Assembly (NCBI GenBank): GCA_963662465.1
Contig: OY759599.1
Coordinates: forward strand, 3,008,001 to 3,072,000
Source of the DNA: Desulfatiglandales bacterium
GTDB lineage: Bacteria; Desulfobacterota; DSM-4660; Desulfatiglandales; Desulfatiglandaceae
DNA: 64,000 nucleotides
Reading direction: 5' to 3'
The translations under genes and the position numbers were made by a program. Shown here piece by piece: positions 23,377 through 34,248 of the stretch; position 1 is the first letter of the stretch, and every line of letters starts with the position of its first letter. The notes beneath the pieces were generated by a model. The model was given only the letters and a program-made list of their open reading frames with translations, did not search any database and was not told the origin of the DNA.

Positions 23377-26031
23377 ATGAATCTAAAATTTCCCGAATTT
23401 TTTTGGAAAGCTCTTGTATTTTAAAAGGCTTCTGAATAAACCCGTTGCACCCGCGGTTCAAGATGTCGCTCGCTTGGCCGTCTACACTGTAGCCACTGGA
23501 CAAGAGTACTTTCAGATGGGGATTCATTTCTCTCAGCCGATCAAAGCAATCCCCGCCTGTTATATCGGGCATAACCATGTCAAGGATGACCAATTCAATT
23601 TCATTCCTTTTCTCGCGATATAGTTGGAGTGCCTCAGTCCGTTTCCGGCCGTCAGAACATGATAGCCCATTATTTTTAGAAACTCCGCACCGATATCAAT
23701 AATCATCTCTTCATCATCCACAAGAAGCACGGTCTCGTCACCCTTATGAATTTTACCGTTCAGTGAAACCGATGATTCCGCCTCCGAACCGGCCACCCGT
23801 GCCGGCAGGAAAAAACTAATGGTCGACCACATACCCGCTTCACTTTCCGCATTAATGACACCACCATGATTCCGGATAATGCCGTAGGCGGAAGCAAGGC
23901 CAAGCCCGGTACCCTCACCCACATCCCGCGTCGTAAAAAACGGATCAAAAATCCTTTTCCGGGTCGCTTCGTCCATTCCTACCCCTGCATCCGCCACGGA
24001 GACCTTTACATACCGTCCAGGATCAAGCACAAAGGGTTTTGCATCATCTTCCGACAGAAAAACATTCTGAGTGTGAACAAAGATCTCTCCCCCTTCAGGC
24101 ATGGCCTGCGCTGCATTGACATAAAGATTCAGCAGCACCTGTTCGATCTGCCCCTGGTCCGCCTCCACCATCCAAATATTTTTCTGCAATTCCCAATGGA
24201 TGGTAATCTCTTTCTTGGCCTGGGTAAACATACGGACGCCGGCTCGGATCAATTCATTCAAGTCCGTGGCTTTTACCTCATATTTTCCCCCTCTTGCAAA
24301 TCCCAGAAGCTGCCTTGTAAGATCCGCACCTTTTTGAATATATCGTTCAATATTCTTGATCCTTTCATATTCCGAATGATCCAGGGTCTGGTTTATCAGG
24401 ATCATTGAAACATTTCCCTGGATGGCCATCAGCAAATTATTAAAGTCATGGGCGATACCCCCTGCCAGGGTGCCGATGGATTCCATTTTCTGCGCCTCAT
24501 AAAACTGGGTTTCAAGCGCCTTTTTTTCAGAGATATCTCGAAGGATGACAAACAATCCCGCTGGATGCCCCTCATAACTCTCAAATCGGGAAGCGCTGAT
24601 ACTCACATCCAGCAAACGGCGATCCTTTGTGAAACGCCTGGTGTCAAAATTATGATAGGGAATCCCATCAACCACAATATCGCGGATAATCTCCATGGAT
24701 TTTTCCCGTTCGGATTCAGGCACGAATGGAATGCGTTTTTTCTCCACTTCCTCCGGCGTCCAACCGAAAATCTCAGTAAAAGCACGATTCACATATTGGG
24801 TTTTCCCTTGCAGATCGTATAAAACAATGGCATCCGCTGAAGAAAGCAGAAAAGACCGATACATTTCCTGGGCCTTCTGTGATTCTTCATAAAGGCTTAT
24901 GAATCTCTTCTCACTCTCCCTAAGCGCCTGTTCCATATGGGTTTGCTCCGTGATATCCTGGTACGTCAGAAACTGCTTGCCTTCCCTCAGGGGAACCACG
25001 CCGAAACAAATAATTTTATCCTGTCCTGATTTGCACCTAACGGTAAACGCCCGGTCGATCTTTTCCCCAGTTGCGGCGGTTTTGATTTGATCATTCTGCC
25101 AGGTTAAGCGCACTTCGCCTCGGTAGGTTTTATCAGGATAAGCCTTTTTAAACCATGTTTCCTTATCCGGTATATCCGTTTTTGTATAACCAAAAAGGGA
25201 GATAAACTCCGGATTCAAATATTCAAAACATTGATCGGCGCCGGTCATGGAAATCCCGAAGGGGGCCTCTTCACACAGGGATCGAAACATCTTTTCACTT
25301 GCCTTGAGTTTCTGATCCGCCAGGATCCTTTTCCGCTCGGTCTTGACGGTCTCCCAAATAATATAGAGGGAAAACAACAGGGCCACGATCAAGATAACCG
25401 ACATCACGATCACCATCCGCCGCGTAATAGCGGCAATCTCTTTGTGGACATCATCCACATAGATGCCGGTTCCCACAATCCAGCCCCAGGGCTCAAAGCC
25501 TCTTACATAGGAAATCTTGGGGGCCATGCGATTCGGATCATCTTTCCATTGCCACATGTAGTCAACGTATCCGGAGGTATGATGGTTGACGGTTTTGACA
25601 AATTCCACAAAGGGACGCGTTCCATTGGAATCCTTATAATCCGACAGATCAACACCTTCTAAATCCGGAAGGTATGGATGCATTATCCCCCGTGGATGCA
25701 TGTCAATAATCCAGAAATAATCTTTTCCTTCCGGCCCGTAACGTAATTTGCGAAGTCGGTTTATGGCCCTTTTCCGCGCCTCTTTTGCTGAAAAATCTCC
25801 ATTTTTAAGTTCCGCTTCATATTGTGCCAAAAGACTCCAGGCATTATCGGTCAAATCACGGATCATCTGTCGTTTCTGCCCCATCATATGCTGCTCCATG
25901 GCGGGCATGAAAAGCAGAAAAAAACTCAGAACGAACATCAGAAACGTTAATGCAACGGGAATGATCACCCTGAGAGATGCGGCCCTGAAAGACCCACCCG
26001 CGCTGATACCGAAAAACCCACTCAATTTCAC
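23366..26031 (-). pseudogene. Hybrid sensor kinase (Cache, 2 PAS, HisKA, HATPase, REC) with a 1-nt frameshift in REC
   Basis: ORF 23560-26031 leaves frame after VLTAGNG; the shifted frame reads EALQLYREKRNEIELVILDMVMP and ends at 23366; real lesion or sequence error. Confidence 0.8.
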
Positions 26032-26083
26032 TGTCTAATCCTCCCTTTGCCCCCAAAACCGAAAATGACATCCGCCGCTTTTA

Positions 26084-26115
26084 AGCTAACAGCTAACGGC
26101 TAACAGCTAATAGCT
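26084..26115. repeat. 7-bp tandem repeat (AGCTAAC)
   Basis: agctaac agctaac ggctaac agctaat agct. Confidence 0.75.
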
Positions 26116-26121
26116 GTATTT

Positions 26122-27507
26122 TCATGACAACGTCAAATCCGGCCGATCCGCCAAAAATCGGTAAAGGGTCGCCCGGCCCACGCCTAGGATTCTGGCTGCC
26201 TTGGCTTTGTTCCCACCGCTCCGGATAAGTGCCTTGCTCACATTTTGCTCATCCAGCTTACGCTTGGGACCCCTGAGAGACTTCCGGGTTTCCGATGCCT
26301 TCAGCTCGAGGGGAAGGTGCTCCGGCTGGACCATGTGTCCCCGAGACTTCACAAGGGCAAATCGAATGGCGCTCTGAAGTTCACGGATATTTCCAGGCCA
26401 CGCATAATCAATCATAACAGCCATGGCATCTTTGGAAATGCCGACGTTTTTCTGCCCGCCATCCCCGGCTGTCCTTAAAAAATGTTCCGCTAAAAGTGGA
26501 ATATCCTGTTTCCGCTCTCTTAGCGGCGGCAGAAAAAGCGGAACCACATTGATACGGTAGTAAAGGTCATCGCGGAAATTGCCATTGACCACTTCGCGTT
26601 TCAAATCGCGATGGGTGGCGCTGATCAGACGCACATCCGCCGTCAGGGTTCGTTCCCCCCCCACGCGTTCAAAAGTTCCTTCCTGAAGAACGCGCAACAG
26701 TTTGACCTGCACGGATTTGGGCATGTCGCCAATCTCATCCAGGAAAAGCGTACCCCGATGGGCCAGTTCAAAACGACCTTTTTTGTCCCGCACGGCGCCC
26801 GTAAAGGCGCCTTTGACATGGCCAAACAGCTCGCTTTCCAAAAGTCCCTGGGGCAATGCCCCGCAATTGACCGGCACAAAAGGTTCGGAGGATCTCTGAC
26901 CTTCATTATGAATAGCCGAGGCCACCAGTTCCTTGCCGGTTCCGCTTTCACCCTGTATCAGGGTCGGAATATTGACATCCGCGATTTCTTTGATGGTTTC
27001 AAACAGCTCAAGCATTCGTTCGTCCCGGCTGATGATCCCCGCAAATGAATGTTCCGTCTTCAGACGCGCACGAAGGATGGAAAGCTCGGTAATATCTTCC
27101 ATGACGACCACCGCCAACCGCTCTCTTTCATGATCGAAGGGCGCTGCGCTGACCAAGAGCGTAAAATTCCGAAGCTTTCCGCCTACCAGCAATTCCATAT
27201 CCGCCCGATTTCGGTTAATTTGCCTGCCCCCAATGGCGTCAAGGGCTGTTTTTCGAACCAGACAGGTTTGGCAATGATCGCCAAAACCGCAGCCTTCCGG
27301 GCTGTCATGAACATGGACGCACCGGAGTACCTCGCCCCCGCTCTTGCCCGTCACCGCTTCATCAGACACACCGAAAATACGCTCAATGACCTTATTGACC
27401 ACTAGAACTCTTCGGTCTCGGTCAACGATCAGCACCCCGCAGGGAATCGCTGAAAACAATCCCTTCAAGAATTCGTTCTGGTTCATCAGTTCCCGAACAG
27501 GTTTCAT
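26122..27507 (-). CDS. Sigma54-dependent activator (PAS, AAA+, Fis HTH)
   Basis: [30 protein letters not shown]-terminal HTH. Confidence 0.95.
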   Translation of the reverse strand: MKPVRELMNQNEFLKGLFSAIPCGVLIVDRDRRVLVVNKVIERIFGVSDEAVTGKSGGEVLRCVHVHDSPEGCGFGDHCQTCLVRKTALDAIGGRQINRNRADMELLVGGKLRNFTLLVSAAPFDHERERLAVVVMEDITELSILRARLKTEHSFAGIISRDERMLELFETIKEIADVNIPTLIQGESGTGKELVASAIHNEGQRSSEPFVPVNCGALPQGLLESELFGHVKGAFTGAVRDKKGRFELAHRGTLFLDEIGDMPKSVQVKLLRVLQEGTFERVGGERTLTADVRLISATHRDLKREVVNGNFRDDLYYRINVVPLFLPPLRERKQDIPLLAEHFLRTAGDGGQKNVGISKDAMAVMIDYAWPGNIRELQSAIRFALVKSRGHMVQPEHLPLELKASETRKSLRGPKRKLDEQNVSKALIRSGGNKAKAARILGVGRATLYRFLADRPDLTLS

Positions 27508-27601
27508 TCCGGCTCCTCATCATTTAAAAAAACATATTTTTCATTAATATAAACAATTTAAACATAATAAACACAAAAAAGCATAAACAAACAAATATGA
27601 C

Positions 27602-27626
27602 TGTCTCAAACTACCATTTTGATACA
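27602..27626. promoter_or_regulatory. Inverted repeat, possible binding site of the adjacent activator
   Basis: TGTCTCAAA-7nt-TTTGATACA in the divergent AT-rich intergenic region. Confidence 0.35.
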
Positions 27627-27791
27627 CAGAAATCAATTGAACCCGGAAATTTAACCGGATGTCTCTGACAAAAATGGTTCCCCCTTCGGCAGGGCGCTCA
27701 CCTGCTTTTTCCTTGACCTTTCCATGAAAATAAGGTTCCAATAATCAAGTATGAAAAAATTCGGGAAAATAGCAACAGAAGGGGACTGTAC

Positions 27792-28091
27792 ATGTTGAAC
27801 AAACATATCTACGAGCGAAATGACCAGGCTGACAGCAATCATAAAACCACCGAAAATCTTCAAAATAAGGATCACCCTAAAAAAAAGGTATCCTTTTCCC
27901 CCGAGTATGCAAAACGCAACAAAGAAACCTACCAAACAATTCTTCAGCTCAGCTCGGAAGGTCTAAATAATCGAGAGATTTCCGAAACACTGAATGCACA
28001 AGGAATTCCAAGCCTTTCCGGAACGGGAAAATGGTTTCCCGCAAGCGTCGGCAGAGTCATTAACGAAACACCCGTATACATGAAAGAATAG
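27792..28091 (+). CDS. Small protein with a recombinase-like helix-turn-helix
   Basis: GLNNREISETLNAQGIPSLSGTGKWFPASVGRVI. Confidence 0.6.
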   Translation: MLNKHIYERNDQADSNHKTTENLQNKDHPKKKVSFSPEYAKRNKETYQTILQLSSEGLNNREISETLNAQGIPSLSGTGKWFPASVGRVINETPVYMKE

Positions 28092-28186
28092 TCGCCGTCA
28101 TTGAAACAAAATTGCGCGGGCGCAAACCTACAGGTTCAATGAACATAACAGGGTAATGCATAAAATCTCCCATCCCGGATAAAGCA

Positions 28187-29386
28187 TTGACAAAGGAAAA
28201 ATCAGCGTTACATCCCGCTCGCCCCACCCGGCGGCGCCGTTTTCTTACTTGGTTGCGGGGATTCTGGCCCCACTGGCCCATGGCCGCTCTCATTGTGGCG
28301 GGCGGCGCCTCGGACGTACTCAAAAGCCTTAAACTCGATCTCCTGCCCTTCGGCCAATTTAGTCCTCTCATGGGCCTGGGGAAGTCGCTGGCCATCCTGG
28401 CCAACAGCACCCAGGCCATCCTGGGAATCGGGCTCGTGCTGGTGGGGTTCCCATTGCTCAGAAGGCTTGCCGCCGCTTGGTCCTTTGCCGTGATCCTCCT
28501 GCTGGTGACCCTGGGCGTAAACCTGGTTCAGCAACACTGGGGAAAGAGTCTCATCCTTCCCGGCGTGATGCTGGTGGCCATGGTAGCCCTGCGACGCCAC
28601 TTCAACCGCCAGACCCAACTGGCCAACTACGCCATCTCGCTAACCGGCATCTTCTCCATCCTCGCCTATGGCACTTTTGGCAGTTATCTGCTGGGCGATG
28701 GTTTCGAACCGGTCATCCATAACCTGACCACGTCCTTTTATTTCACGATCATTACCATTTCCACCGTCGGCTATGGCGATATCCACCCCGTCACATCCGA
28801 AACGCGCTTGTTTGTGGTATCGCTGCTGGTGGTAGGCCTGAGCGTTTTCGCCACTGCCGTTGCATCGGTCCTGGGGCCGGCGATTACCAAAAAGCTGAGC
28901 CATATTCTTTACCCCAAAGGAGGCAGAATGAAACTGGAAAATCATATCATCCTGGCCGGAGAAGGCGCCATCGCCGTCAACACCGCCAGGGAGCTGAAAG
29001 ATCGAAAAATTCCCTTTATCCGGATCCGAAACCAGGGCGACCCCCTTTCGCTGGAAGAGAACGAAATCATTGGAGACCCCACGGACGAAGCGGTGCAGGA
29101 AACAGCCGGCATCGGGAAAGCGCATATGGTCATTGCGGCAGGCGACAATGACGGCGACAATGCCTTTATTACCCTGCTGGCCAAGGACTTGAACCCTGGT
29201 GTTCGCGTATTGGCCGTGGCCAATGCCATCAATGCCATTCGAAGACTGAAACTGGCCCGGGCGGACCTGGTCTTTGCACCGGCGGCGGTGGGCAGTCGTC
29301 TTCTGGCCAACCTGGCGGAAGGGGATAAGATTTCCGAAGAGTTCCGGGATTTGCTCGAAGGCGGAGAAGTTCGCCGGGATTCTTAA
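28187..29386 (+). CDS. kch: Kch-like potassium channel with RCK domain
   Basis: TVGYGD filter, multi-TM N-terminus, RCK domain; start uncertain. Confidence 0.85.
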   Translation: MTKEKSALHPARPTRRRRFLTWLRGFWPHWPMAALIVAGGASDVLKSLKLDLLPFGQFSPLMGLGKSLAILANSTQAILGIGLVLVGFPLLRRLAAAWSFAVILLLVTLGVNLVQQHWGKSLILPGVMLVAMVALRRHFNRQTQLANYAISLTGIFSILAYGTFGSYLLGDGFEPVIHNLTTSFYFTIITISTVGYGDIHPVTSETRLFVVSLLVVGLSVFATAVASVLGPAITKKLSHILYPKGGRMKLENHIILAGEGAIAVNTARELKDRKIPFIRIRNQGDPLSLEENEIIGDPTDEAVQETAGIGKAHMVIAAGDNDGDNAFITLLAKDLNPGVRVLAVANAINAIRRLKLARADLVFAPAAVGSRLLANLAEGDKISEEFRDLLEGGEVRRDS

Positions 29387-29388
29387 CC

Positions 29389-30738
29389 ATGTTCAAGTCC
29401 CTTGCTCATTTGTTGCGGCTCCTGTTTCTCCTGCCGGCACTCTCATTCGCACTTCCCTGTTCAGCCGCTTCATCCAATGACCGTGCGATACCGGTTACGG
29501 ATACGCTGCTCAGAAGCCTCAATCTCGACCGCCGTTACCACAAATGCATTGCAGTCGCCGATGGGGATACGCTCACCCTGGAGGGACTTGGAACGGTCCG
29601 TTTCATCGGTGTGGACACCCCCGAGAAGAATCATCCGAAACTGCCCATCCAGTTCATGTCCACTGAATCAACCGCCTTCACGAAAAAGCTCTGCATGGGA
29701 AAAAACATCCGCCTGGAATATGATCCCCATGACGAAGACAAACGAGGGAACTATGGACGGGTGCTGGGATATCTTTATCTGGAGGATGGCACATTCGTTC
29801 AGGAGCAGCTCCTGAAAAATGGCTATGCTTCAGCCTACATCCGGTATCCATTTGATGAAAAAAGGAAAGGTCAGTTTCTGGCCTGGGAGCAAACAGCCCG
29901 ACAAAAGGAATTGGGCATCTGGGGGCAAAAGGCCATGAGCGAAGTCCTGTGGAACCTCAAGCACAAGCAGCTCATGATCCAGGTCGAAAGGGTTTCTTCA
30001 AATCGCTACAGGCTGCGGATTGGAACCTGGATTTCAAAACCTTTTCACCAGGGAAAAATCGCCTTGAACCTGGTCAACTTGTATACCACCGCCCATGAAT
30101 TGGGACCACGGGATCTCAGGAAACAACTGCGGCAATCCGGATATACACAAAGCGTTATCTCTGAACCGGCAGCAGTTACCATAACAGTCATGGGCATGGC
30201 CCATCGGAAATGGGGGATCATTTATGGAAATCATATCAAGCCACGCGTTCAGGCGGCAGACCTTGACCGGCAAATCCAGGCATTATCCGGGTGGAAAAAG
30301 GACCTTGACGCCGAACGTCTGGAAGTGATGTTGTCCAAAAACGGCTATCATCCTGTTCCCAAAAACCTCATACGGGCCATCGATTTCCGGAAAATCGCCG
30401 ATGGATTTTTGAAAACGGAAGCGCTTGCCAAACACAAGGGTCGAGGGATTTTATGGGAATCGGCCGGCAAATATGTTGGAAAGACGGTGAGTGTCGAAGG
30501 AAAAATCGTTCGAAGTCACAATTCAGGAACGGCTTGCTTCCTGAACTTCCACCGGAATTTCACCCGATATATGAGTCTCGTAATTTTTGAAAACAGTTTT
30601 CGAAAGTTCCCATTCCAGCCGGAAAAATTCTATCTCAACAAAACGGTTCGGGTGAGGGGAAAAATAAAGGAATACGAGGGCAAACCGGAGATCGTTCTCG
30701 AAAGCCCGAGGCAGATCGAGGTTATTAAAAGTCGATAA
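29389..30738 (+). CDS. Secreted thermonuclease (SNase) with C-terminal OB-fold-like domain
   Basis: DGDT, VRFIGVDTPE, YGRVLGY, GIW; C-terminal VRVRGKIKEYEGKPEI. Confidence 0.85.
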   Translation: MFKSLAHLLRLLFLLPALSFALPCSAASSNDRAIPVTDTLLRSLNLDRRYHKCIAVADGDTLTLEGLGTVRFIGVDTPEKNHPKLPIQFMSTESTAFTKKLCMGKNIRLEYDPHDEDKRGNYGRVLGYLYLEDGTFVQEQLLKNGYASAYIRYPFDEKRKGQFLAWEQTARQKELGIWGQKAMSEVLWNLKHKQLMIQVERVSSNRYRLRIGTWISKPFHQGKIALNLVNLYTTAHELGPRDLRKQLRQSGYTQSVISEPAAVTITVMGMAHRKWGIIYGNHIKPRVQAADLDRQIQALSGWKKDLDAERLEVMLSKNGYHPVPKNLIRAIDFRKIADGFLKTEALAKHKGRGILWESAGKYVGKTVSVEGKIVRSHNSGTACFLNFHRNFTRYMSLVIFENSFRKFPFQPEKFYLNKTVRVRGKIKEYEGKPEIVLESPRQIEVIKSR

Positions 30739-30848
30739 TCTAAGGCGGGCTATGCCCGCAACCCAAGATTCTGAGATGACTCTGAGTCACCTCTTTTGTA
30801 AAATAGATGGAGCAAACAAAAACCATCCAAAAGCGAAAGAGGTGACCC

Positions 30849-30902
30849 ATGAAAAAACTTATAGAAAGATTTTCAGATCTCGTCAAGGGTAGCATTACTG
30901 GG
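30849..30902 (+). pseudogene. 5' fragment of a transposase-like gene cut by the next element
   Basis: GAGGT RBS then MKKLIERFSDLVKGSITG, interrupted at the inverted repeat at 30903; family recalled, not searched. Confidence 0.45.
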
Positions 30903-31430
30903 CTACCGACATAAGCTGGGACAAAAAAACTGGATGGTAAATCGAAGGAGACTCCTTTTTTAAATGCGAATTTGAATTTGCCTATGGTCTTTGCTGCGTA
31001 ACTGTGCTCTATTATTTTCCCACAGGTTTTCCCATTACCCACGGAGGATAATATGATGCGATCACGTAGTACAAGAATTTTTCTGAAATTATGTTGCCCT
31101 GTCAAATGCAGCATTAGAAAAATTGGGCAGATGTTAGGGATCTCGGCTATGGCCACAAGCCGGGACAATTCAGGAAGCACTCGTTCTCACGCATTGCGGG
31201 GGAATGAAAATGTGACCTGCCGGGGCACAATGAGTTCCGCGGCGACGTTTGTAGTGACGCCGTGAGGCGTTTTCCCCGGCAATGCCCTCACGGGCACACT
31301 GCAAACCTCTCCTTCAGTCCCGACACAAAAGACGTCCTTGATCGCTGTGATGATGCTCGGCATCGTGAATGAAAAATCAAGAAAATCAAGGTTCAAACAA
31401 ATGAGAAACTATCCCGCCTTATGTCGGTAG
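30903..31430. mobile_element. Non-autonomous element bounded by about 20-bp terminal inverted repeats
   Basis: CTACCGACATAAGCTGGGAC vs reverse complement of right end CTACCGACATAAGGCGGGAT; no intact transposase, no clear target duplication. Confidence 0.65.
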
Positions 31431-31448
31431 TCCGTTTCATGGGTCAAT

Positions 31449-31618
31449 CCCGGATGGCCACTTCAAAATCTCCCACCTAGGAATCAGATTTTGGCCTTGG
31501 ATGGCGGATAAACAACTGTATGTAATGATCTATTTTCTTCTTCATCCCTGCTAAGTGACATAAGGGGTGGGGGAAAAATAAGTGGCTACAAGTGGGGGAA
31601 AGTAGGTGGCCGCCCGGG
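31449..31618. mobile_element. 170-bp MITE with IS21-like ends and 6-bp target duplication
   Basis: CCCGGATGGCCAC...GTGGCCGCCCGGG, repeated GTGGGGGAAA at right end, GTCAAT at 31443-31448 and 31619-31624. Confidence 0.75.
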
Positions 31619-31782
31619 GTCAATAGCAATCCTGTCCATCATTTAATCTTTCAAATCGTGTTCAAAGATTTTGTCCCGGCTTGTGACCGTAGCCGGTTCG
31701 TCATGCGTCAAGGTTTTTTTAGCATAAAAAACCGCCCAAAGGCGGTTAAGGGTGTATAGGCAGTATGGAATATTATTTTATT

Positions 31783-32178
31783 TCATGTGGTTTTTGATAA
31801 TGCATCAACTTCTTCTAGAATCTTATTTGCTGTCCATATGGCTTTCGTTGCCATGGCGATTGGGCTTTGACGTTTAATGGTATCGTAATAATCAGCGGTC
31901 ACCCTGTCAAAATGAAAAGATTTGAACCGGGTGGCAATCTTCCTTCTTAGTTTATCACCTCCATTTTGGAGATAATCTTGAAGATCACTATGAGAACCAC
32001 CTCTCCTGTATTCAAAATTTTCGGTCTCTTTTAGAATTCTGCAGGTCGTGCAAAAAGCCGCATAATAGGCTCTGCTAACGGAGGCACGACAACACGCTTC
32101 TTTATCAGGAAATTTGTCTAAATTCTTCGTAATACATTCAGCGAGTTCAAGGTATTTCTTCCAATCGAAACCCATCAC
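31783..32178 (-). CDS. HEPN domain protein
   Basis: FDWKKYL, RASVSRAYYAAF, RVTADY. Confidence 0.85.
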   Translation of the reverse strand: MMGFDWKKYLELAECITKNLDKFPDKEACCRASVSRAYYAAFCTTCRILKETENFEYRRGGSHSDLQDYLQNGGDKLRRKIATRFKSFHFDRVTADYYDTIKRQSPIAMATKAIWTANKILEEVDALSKTT

Positions 32179-32979
32179 AGCCCCACGAATTCGATATTGA
32201 AGCTCACGACATTCGTTTTGAGATCATAATCGTTATCAATATACCACTGCTCGAATTGATCAAAAAGCCTCATGCCTTCGTCCATTTCCCCAAACCACTG
32301 TATCCAGGCCACCAAATTCGGATTAGAATCCGGGTCCGGCATGACATCAACGACAATATTGAGCGGAACTCCGAAAATGCGCCTTATTTCCGGACCACAT
32401 TGTGTAAAAATAGTCCCTGGATCAAGATGCTCAGGAAGCAGAGCGCCTTCAGTTCCATATTTTTCCAGCAGTTCGAGACTCATTTTTTTGTCGGCATCTC
32501 TAAACAACGGTCCAATCTCTAATGGATGTCTTTTTTCCATAATCTTGTGCCACATGCATATATATTCCTCGAAATCCACCTTCTTGTTTAAAATGCAAGC
32601 CATTTCAATTGCTACGTTTATACATTCCGAATCAAGGGGATATTTTTCATATGCCTCTTTTGCATATTTGTAGGCATCCTCCATTAACTCAAGGCTTTTC
32701 AGCGAAACAATAAAATTGAGGACATGTTGTAGCGAACTACAAGACTGCTCGATTGCCCTTTTGAAAAAGCTCTTTACATTTTTTTCGTCTCCAACGAGAC
32801 ATGCAATCATACCCAAGAGAGAAAATCCCGAGGCCACATCAAAATTATTTTTGACGTCTTCAGCTTCCTTTTTGAGTCGAACCAAATCAAAGGAGGTATG
32901 ATTACGAGTCCCAGCAAAATGGTTCAATTCATAAATCAAACGACTATACTTAGAATTTAGAGCTGGTACGGAATACATT
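32175..32979 (-). CDS. Helical/TPR-like hypothetical protein coupled to the HEPN gene
   Basis: Long low-GC ORF, TPR-like helices (AYKYAKEAYEKYP), ATGA overlap with HEPN; start uncertain. Confidence 0.65.
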
Positions 32980-34248
32980 TTTTTCTTCTTTAATTTGTTA
33001 TTCGTAAGGGTGAAATTATCCCAAACGATTTCACCATCGTCAAGAGAATTGTGAGAAATCTCACAAAGCATCAAAGAAAAAAAGTGAAGATCCGCGGGAA
33101 ATCGTGTTGTGAAAATTAACGGGACTTGGTGTGACAAAAGAGTGTTTAAGAGGTCGTTCCTGATTTCCGGTTATCTCCTACCCGCGCTTCAGCTCGGAGG
33201 TTTATCACTGGTTTCGTGCCCGCCGCTGGACTTGTCTGAGGTCTTCTTTTAACTGCTCGTATGCGGGCGGGACCTCCACTTTTCCATAACCTCCGCCGCC
33301 CGTAGGTCAGGTTGTCTGGAAAAATTTCCATCTATTGTCATATTCAGACCTCGTTAGAATTTTAAAAGAATGAAGAGTAAACGTATCTCTTCTCACATAA
33401 TATCTTCGCGCTCTTGCTATGGTTCTGCCTATAATCCACTTTTTGACTATGAAAACCATCATATAGGCCGAAAATCGGGCACAGTTATCATCCTATTGTC
33501 AATCATTCTAACCCATTAGCTTGGTCCGACCCCCTGCTGGACACCCCCTGCCGGACTCTCTTATGGCACCGGTGAGTGATATGCCAAATGTACCCCGGAA
33601 TAAAATGTCGCTTTGTTCTTGCCATGATCCCAAGAAAAACGGACTTTTTGATCTCGAAAAGATCAATATAGCCCCGTTTTAGAGGGGTAAATAAAATATA
33701 TTTCTTCGTATATTAAATGCTTACCGTGGTCCGACCCCATCCGAGACTGCTTGCAAGCCGCAGACCTGTTGACTCTAACATATCTCCGGCATCAAGTTCA
33801 TAAAATATACACCAGAAACCCGGCAATGGGCAATTTTTCTCCTATATCCCTGATATATGATTCACATTCTCGCCAGTCCGTGGATGTGTTCGCCACTTTC
33901 ATGCCTCCATAAATTCGGTTTTACCATGCCTCTAGCCTATCCATATTTCCCCATCGTGCGCTTGCAGCGCCCGGGATAAACCAATATTGACGTAATGGAT
34001 GCACCAATATCCGGATGTTGCGATAGGTCTGCTGCTGAAATTCACTAAGCGTCTCGAGGCCAGGTTCCTGGTTGGAATAAATTTTCAATGAAATTTATGA
34101 GAGAGCATGATAATTACTTTTCATCCCCTCAGGGCCATAAGCGAATCTTCAGCCGAATGCCATGCGGAGGCCGGGATGGTGATAACAAGCTCGGAATTGG
34201 CTTCAAAATTGGTCTGATAATGAAAATTATAAGAAAATATGCCGAGGT

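Noticed and set aside
30740..31180. 146-aa minus-strand ORF
   Set aside because: Crosses mobile-element boundaries and has no motif; probably spurious
33140..34240. Short ORFs and GGTCCGACCCC motifs between the HEPN pair and the RM remnant
   Set aside because: Looks like decayed sequence; no family could be assigned by eye
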